DNA from: Tubiluchus corallicola
Lineage: Eukaryota > Animalia > Priapulida
Assembly (NCBI GenBank): GCA_030141605.1
Contig: JAQGDQ010000288.1
Location: 194,621-258,620, forward strand
Length of the DNA stretch: 64,000 nucleotides
Reading direction: 5' to 3'
Below, one piece after another: positions 57,793-64,000 of this stretch. A program made the position numbers and the translations under genes. Numbering within the stretch: the first letter of the stretch is position 1; each line of letters starts with the position of its first letter. A model generated the notes under the pieces. That model searched no databases, was not told where the DNA came from, and was given only the letters and a program-made list of their open reading frames with translations.

Positions 57793-60700
57793 TTACAGCT
57801 CATAGGAAGGATTATCGTAAGCCTTATCCACTGCGTTTGATGTAGGCGTTGTGTTTGACGTTGGGTTTTGTTGTATTTCCACCATTACCAGCAATTCTTT
57901 ACAATGTTTTTTCCATCTGTGATCAAAGTCTTCCTGTTTGCTCGCACCTTTAACCAGTTTCTGTAAAAAAATCTCGTGTTAAACATCCGATTATTTCAGA
58001 AACAGCGCAGTAGAAATATGTTGACATACATACATACATAATCTTTATTTAAAGTCGGGTGTACAACGGAAAAACATTAGCCAAATAGGCTATTCATACC
58101 GACTAAAATACACGATGCTAAAAATTTCACTGAAAATAGACATACAATATTATTCAAATTGGAAATATATAAACTAAATGAAAATGGGGTACTCTGCAAA
58201 ATACAACAAAGTTATACAAACAAGGATAAAAACAAGACAGTCACAGAAATGAATAATAGAAATAACTAAAAAGGTGAACATCACTTAATTCAGAGAATAT
58301 GAATAAAATATGCGGATATAAAATGATCAGAAAATATTAAACTGCACAAGTTGAGCATTTACATAATTATGTCGCCGCTCCATTTGTTTAAGAACTCATC
58401 ATAGTTAGTGGATATGCGCAAATGATTGGCTGAATAACTTTTCCGCATTATTATGTGCTAAATATTTAAAATGTTATCATGAATATATTGGAACAAAAAA
58501 GTGAAGTTAGATGATAGAAAAATTACAGTTGCATCAGTACAACACTATTTTTACGTTATTAAGATGTCGTAGTGCAGAAGTCCAGGTTGGTTTTAGACGA
58601 ACTAGCAAATGTTAATGAAAAAAATCTGCACTGATTCTTCTGAAACATCCCGATTATTACAGATTCTGTTTAAACTAAAAAAACTAATTAAAGTTAATTT
58701 CAAAATTGGCAAAGCAATGCATGTCAAAGGAAACAACTTCGGGTGACTACTCAGCCACTAAAATCAATTGAATAAAATCACGAGAACAATGATACTCTTA
58801 GCCATATTATTATCAGGACATTGCACAAAGACGTTAGCGCTACTAGCCCTGTTGTTTCGGTTTTACTTACTTCGCGCAAGCTGTCTCCTTTTTGTTTCAA
58901 AACTGTAATTACAACCCAAACTGGTATTTGAACCACAGACAAAGCGAACAAGAGCCAACCAATGACATCAGCCCATGCTGGAAAATAATCATCTTTGGAC
59001 AGTAGTTCAAAATCCACCATGCCATAAACGAACACCACCTAAAGCAAGTTAAAAATTAACGGAGAGAAAGAAAGTAGCCCGTAATTATATAAACAAATTA
59101 ACTTAGTTACATTACGAATGTGTTTACAAATTGTTAGTTAACTTAGAATTTTACGGTGCCTAAAAGTGGGAGAGTATGTGACCTAATGCCACAAGGTTTT
59201 AAGTTCAAATTTTGGTTAACTCAAAATTTATCAGCGCCTTTCTCCTTGAATTAATTAGCTACTGAGTTAATTGTCGATTATATGTAAAACGTTAGGTTTA
59301 TTAATTCTAACTTATCACAATTCAGTATCTGAAAAGTCCATCGTAAAGCCATTTCCACTCTTACAAGCGAAAACTTAGCAAGTTACAATTGCCGTTATCA
59401 AGAAGAGAAAGAAATGCTAAAAATTCTGTTCCAAATCAGGATTTGAAGTCCATACTTTACAGTCTGCCTTTTGTTGAGGATGTATTGAACAACAACACCA
59501 GCATCGAAAATATGCAACAACAATAACAAACAAAAACAACAGTTCTTACGTTAGTGCAGGACAAAGCCCTGGATTAACCATTGAACAAAATAAGCACGTG
59601 CTTATAGGTGCTCAGGGGAGGAGGGGCAACAGTTTACAATTCCCCCCACACACAAAAATATTTCGGTAAGCGGATTAGGATTAGAGTTAGGGTTAGGGTT
59701 GGGGTTAGGGTTATGGCATTCAAATTGTGTGGGGAATTGTAAACTTTCCAGGTTTTTTTTCAAATTGTATAATTACCCAAAAGTAAAATATACCCGAATA
59801 TGTGTCGGTTTCAGTGTTTGTTTACAATATGACGGTACGGACTGACATTGACCTTCTAACTATTATGCAATCTGATATGCTCACTGCCCATTTGATGACA
59901 TTAATTGATTATGTAATGTCGTCTCTGTATTTTTAATCTAACGTCACCTTTCTGTGCAAGGTAAATCTGATACCCTGGCATTTACTGTAAACAAATCTTA
60001 CTGCAAGTTTTTCTCATTTTTAAAGATAAAATTTCATTTTATAATTTAGCATTGTTTTTATTCTGGATTACACATATGTAGAGTACCTCTTGAGGTCTTC
60101 ATCCGGCCATGGCAGAAGTGCGAAATAAAATTACATAAGGATAAAATGCGGCGTTTTCAGTGGCGGCTCTTATATAGGTACTGTTGTACTGCAACACCCC
60201 TTGTTTTCACTCATTATTATCGATAATTTTCAATGTAATAATCTTTTTCTTTAGTTCTTCCTTTACACTTGTACGGAACCAGAGCACGTGAGGGCAGTAC
60301 AATTTGCTTCACAGCCCAAGCAACGCGGTGTTTGGCTGCTGTGGGGATGCGGCCATGCGCACATGTCTGAGATAAGACACTATACTTTAGGTAGAAAGAG
60401 TACTGTCGCTCACTGCAGTACCTGTTGTCAGATGTCACGTGCTTAAAAACCATGTATCGGCATATTCTTGGGCTGCGACAATTTAGACTATTCGTAAGAA
60501 AACAATATTTTTTGTTTTAGGAGTTTATCAAGGTTATGTTTATATTCGTTTGTTTGTTTAAAATTACAATTACAACATTATAATTACATATATTTGTTTC
60601 GTTTTACACAGTATTAAAACAATGGCTAAAAATTTTAATTTTACAGCACCCCCACTAATCTTAGCTTCGAGCCACTACTGGGCGTCTTAATTAATTAACA

Positions 60701-63700
60701 AATTAATTACACGTATAATAAATACCAAAATCAAAATGGGTGCAATTACTATCCACGTGGCTATCCAGTAAACGCCAGGCTTAAATCCCAGCATGGCAAG
60801 GATATTATTACTGAACTGCTTATATCCATAAATCCACATTATCGCTGCAATTTCAAAGAAAGCAATCAGAGATACAGCGAGATCTCCGCCATATTTGTCC
60901 ATGAGTGACCACACATATAAGCCACCCTGCAAATGTCAAGAATATAGAACGTTGTAAATTGGTGTGTATCTAAAATGTTTTCACATCTCGGCGACTCGGA
61001 GCATCTGGATGCTTCCCGAAATGGAAGATCAGTGAAAGCACTGTTATCATATTATTATGCTTTTTATTTCAGGCAAAATGTCCTGTATTCAAATATTTAC
61101 ATGATTACAAACAAAATTAAGATAAAGCTGACATAAAAATAATTACAAATTCAATAAAATGGCCCTAAAAATTTATATAAATTGAAAATTTGGAGATAAA
61201 AGTTCATTCTACGACATGAACATACTCGATTTATATAGTACATCAGAGTTCACAATATCAACACAAACCGCTCTGGGTTTCTTCAAGTTATAGTTCATTA
61301 TAGATTCGAACGTGGTGACACGCAGAGGAGTCAGAAGAGTAAACTAAATGAGCAAAATGCTCCTCTAATTCTACATAATTATGATTACATTATTTTAATG
61401 GTGACTTACGCTAAAAAATAAAGGCTTGGAGATATGCGGTTAATAAGCCAAGTTCATTTTTGAAAGTTGGGTGAATGATATGTACAACACTGAATTATTG
61501 TTAAAGGCAAGAATTGAAACTTTGGAATGTACTGAACTGAAGTGAATTGGACTGAACTAAGGAAAAATCTTTACTCATACTTTTCCCTTCCGCAGAAACA
61601 GCTGAAGCTTTCCCAAAGTTTGTTTTTTGCATTTACTATGCATTTTTGTTCGTTTTAGCATTTTAATAACATTTGTAATAACATTTTAATTAATTTTGTT
61701 CTATATTTAATCAACTTATTATCGATATTGCTCACAATCGGTGTTTTTGGTCTGTGTTTTAAGCTGCGTGTTTTATGTTTTGTGTCTACGTTAATTGTCA
61801 ATGTCTGGTATCGATGTACATGTAATTAAAATTAAGTAACTTGTTATTTAAAGTTTCGAGTAAATAATATGAATTAAAACCTAAGATGCTTCTTAGATAA
61901 TTCTACTGTATACCTATTATGGTATAAGGATCCCTATAACGGTATAAGTTGTTAAATGTCATTAACGAATTTTGCGCCAAGCAATGTCTTAAGTCACTCA
62001 ATGTCTCATCATTTTAAGTCATAAATTAGCCAATAAATGACGTTTTTTCAGGAAAAATGTTGCTAAAATTCTGTAAATGTTTAACTAGGTCGTCTTCGTT
62101 CTACCAAATTTCGTGAAAGCACGTGTAAATTCGGTAACTGAAATATTAAGATCTTGAAACTTGGTAAAGCTCCGCACTATTCAAAGTGTACCGGGAGGTA
62201 ATCAAAGCTAATTCGTCTAACGGGACACGTGATAATTGTAGTGGCACGTGTGATATCACGATGTGTATAATAACATGATAGCCCAGTTTTCCGAGAAGCC
62301 ATGTTTTTCTATCAGCCTAATGATTGTAAATGCAGTATAATGTATAATGTAACACTGTTAAACATCATCTGAACAATATAAATTGCTAGATACTAGGAAA
62401 ATAATGACCATCTACTTACGTGAGTTGTGCTTGGTAAAGCTATGGTAAAGCAAGATACACAGAAGACGAGAGTGAAAATGAATTTGTGCTGCCTTAGCGT
62501 GACAAATTGATCCGTGACAGAAGACATCGCACATTCCAGGAGAGCAAACTAAATGACAATGCAAACTAAATTAGATTTTTCAACTTGTCATCACTGTAGA
62601 ATCAAGTAAGTGCCATAAACAGCTAATAAAAGTGCTGCAAGTTTTCATTCTTAGTTTTTTATGCTTAAAGGAAAGCAAAGCCATCTGGGAAGTTAAGCTT
62701 ATTTCATTTCTTGCGAAGAATCTTAGAAGGATTAAGTAATAAAAGCAGGATAAACGAATCGCGTAATTAGTAAAACCATTTTAAGGTAGCGATTATTTTA
62801 CACATTAAGCACTCCCATTTTGAACACCCATTTTCCACCAAGGAGGTTGTTTATTGATTGAAGAAAAGCAGCCCACTGTCAGCTTCTGTCAAAAGTGCAA
62901 TAAGTTCTCATAAAAAATTAGATAGCCAATTTGTGATATTCTTGTATGGTAAGCTGCAGAAGTCTGAATTAGTTTAAGCATAAGCGTACACTTACAGAAA
63001 GCCACGATGCGTTTATAAAAAGTCACTAAGTCCAACAGTTATGCAAGTAAATGGCGGCTACCATCGCACTTAAAAATTTCTTTACAGCGGTAGTATGAAT
63101 TAGCTTTATGCTTTATAGACAGTTTTTGCAGACTTCTTTATTAGTCGTTTCTAAGTTTAAGTGATAAGAGCAAAATAAACTCAATATGCTAAGTAACTTG
63201 TCCTTTCCAATAAAAGTTATTCATGCCACCCAAGATATTTCTGAATAAACATGTCGGCGTGTAACTTAGCTTTTCTTACTAAACTGTAAAAAAATATGTT
63301 TGCAAGTTACCTCACTATCCAGCCCGAGTGTAAACAGCATGAAGAAGAAAATGATAGCCCACAATTGGGCAACAGGTAGTCGGGCCACCGCTTCCGGATA
63401 TGCCACAAAAGTTAACCCAGGACCTGTCACAGAACATCGATGATTATATACAACTTGTATGTTAAAATTATAACTCGAACGGTATAAGCTACTCGCAAAA
63501 ATAATATACAGCTACTTAAAATAAAGCAAAGCCGCCGCATAAAAACACATATCCTATGACCAGTGCACTCTTTGAGGATAATAAAGACCAAAGTACCAAC
63601 CCATTTTTAGATATCATACCACGTCTTCAACTAACAGAAGTAAAACGCTTACTGTTTCAGTTCTTTGGCAGCCATCAACACAAAACTCATAGATACAGTT

Positions 63701-64000
63701 TTTCACACCACAGTTAATAGACAACACAAGTATATTTTCGTATAATATTAATAACTCAAAGGAGTTTATCAGTGTTGAACACAAACATATGATGTTAGCA
63801 TACTTTTTTAGTTTTGACAAAGCACCTACAGTTAAATACTGTCAAGAAAAAATCTTACATAAAACCTGTTACCAGGTTAACTAGTACTAACAGTAGTTGT
63901 TGGTTTGTTGCATAGTATTTTCAGTCAAAGGTTTAGAAATGTACAAATCCATAAAAGATCTAAGAGCCACGTACCTCCCCGTACTACATCTCTTATATCC
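57793..64000 (-). CDS. SLC6 sodium:neurotransmitter/amino-acid symporter, 3' half; the gene begins beyond the right edge
   Basis: Exons 63975->64000 (DIRDVVRG), 63311-63423 ([17 protein letters not shown]...[13 protein letters not shown]), 62420-62548, 60726-60926 ([13 protein letters not shown]...MWIYG...MLGFKPG), 58871-59038 ([11 protein letters not shown]) and 57793-57960 (...YDNPSYEL*). All are GT-AG and in phase. Confidence 0.93.
58024..58430 (-). mobile_element. Dispersed repeat copy with an (ATGT)n tail in the last SLC6 intron
   Basis: (ACAT)n followed by the same block seen at 22725 and 27620; it aligns by eye with the 22725 copy over several hundred bp. Confidence 0.7.
59631..59745. 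repeat. Small inverted-repeat element enclosing telomere-like TTAGGG repeats
   Basis: Arms agtttacaattccccc..cacac / gtgtggggaattgtaaact around attaggattagagttagggttagggttggggttagggtta. Confidence 0.7.
60158..60680. mobile_element. hAT-type MITE
   Basis: Termini CAGTGGCGGCTC / GAGCCACTACTG; 8-bp TSD ggcgtttt / ggcgtctt (7/8). It lies 45 bp from an SLC6 exon donor. Confidence 0.75.

Noticed and set aside
59676-59713. True telomere or chromosome-fusion scar
   Set aside because: Only a few degenerate units in one orientation, enclosed by inverted arms inside an intron.

Overview
AT-rich, intron-containing eukaryotic DNA from an invertebrate animal, probably a lophotrochozoan such as a mollusc. 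That taxon is inferred from gene content, TTAGGG-like repeats and TGACCTTTGACC-rich repeats, and is not proven. Eight protein-coding loci can be read by hand: the 5' part of ZCCHC8 (-); an intronless SPATA20 CDS (+) head-to-head with it across a decayed LINE; a three-exon Ly6/uPAR quiver-like gene with a GC-AG intron (+); an intronless type II membrane EGF-like + SAM methyltransferase gene (-); an intronless class A GPCR (+); a multi-exon DENND2/ST5-like gene (-) head-to-head with RPL27A (+); and the 3' half of an SLC6 transporter (-). Between and within them are hAT- and Harbinger-type MITEs, a tRNA-derived SINE, LINE remnants and microsatellites. The observations most worth follow-up are a ~400-nt co-linearly paired hairpin and other H/ACA-like structures in RPL27A introns, a predicted Golgi-lumenal methyltransferase that is a candidate glycan O-methyltransferase, RPL27A-DENND2 adjacency that also occurs in human, and the intronless SPATA20. 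All exon boundaries and base pairings were read manually; no searches or folding programs were run.
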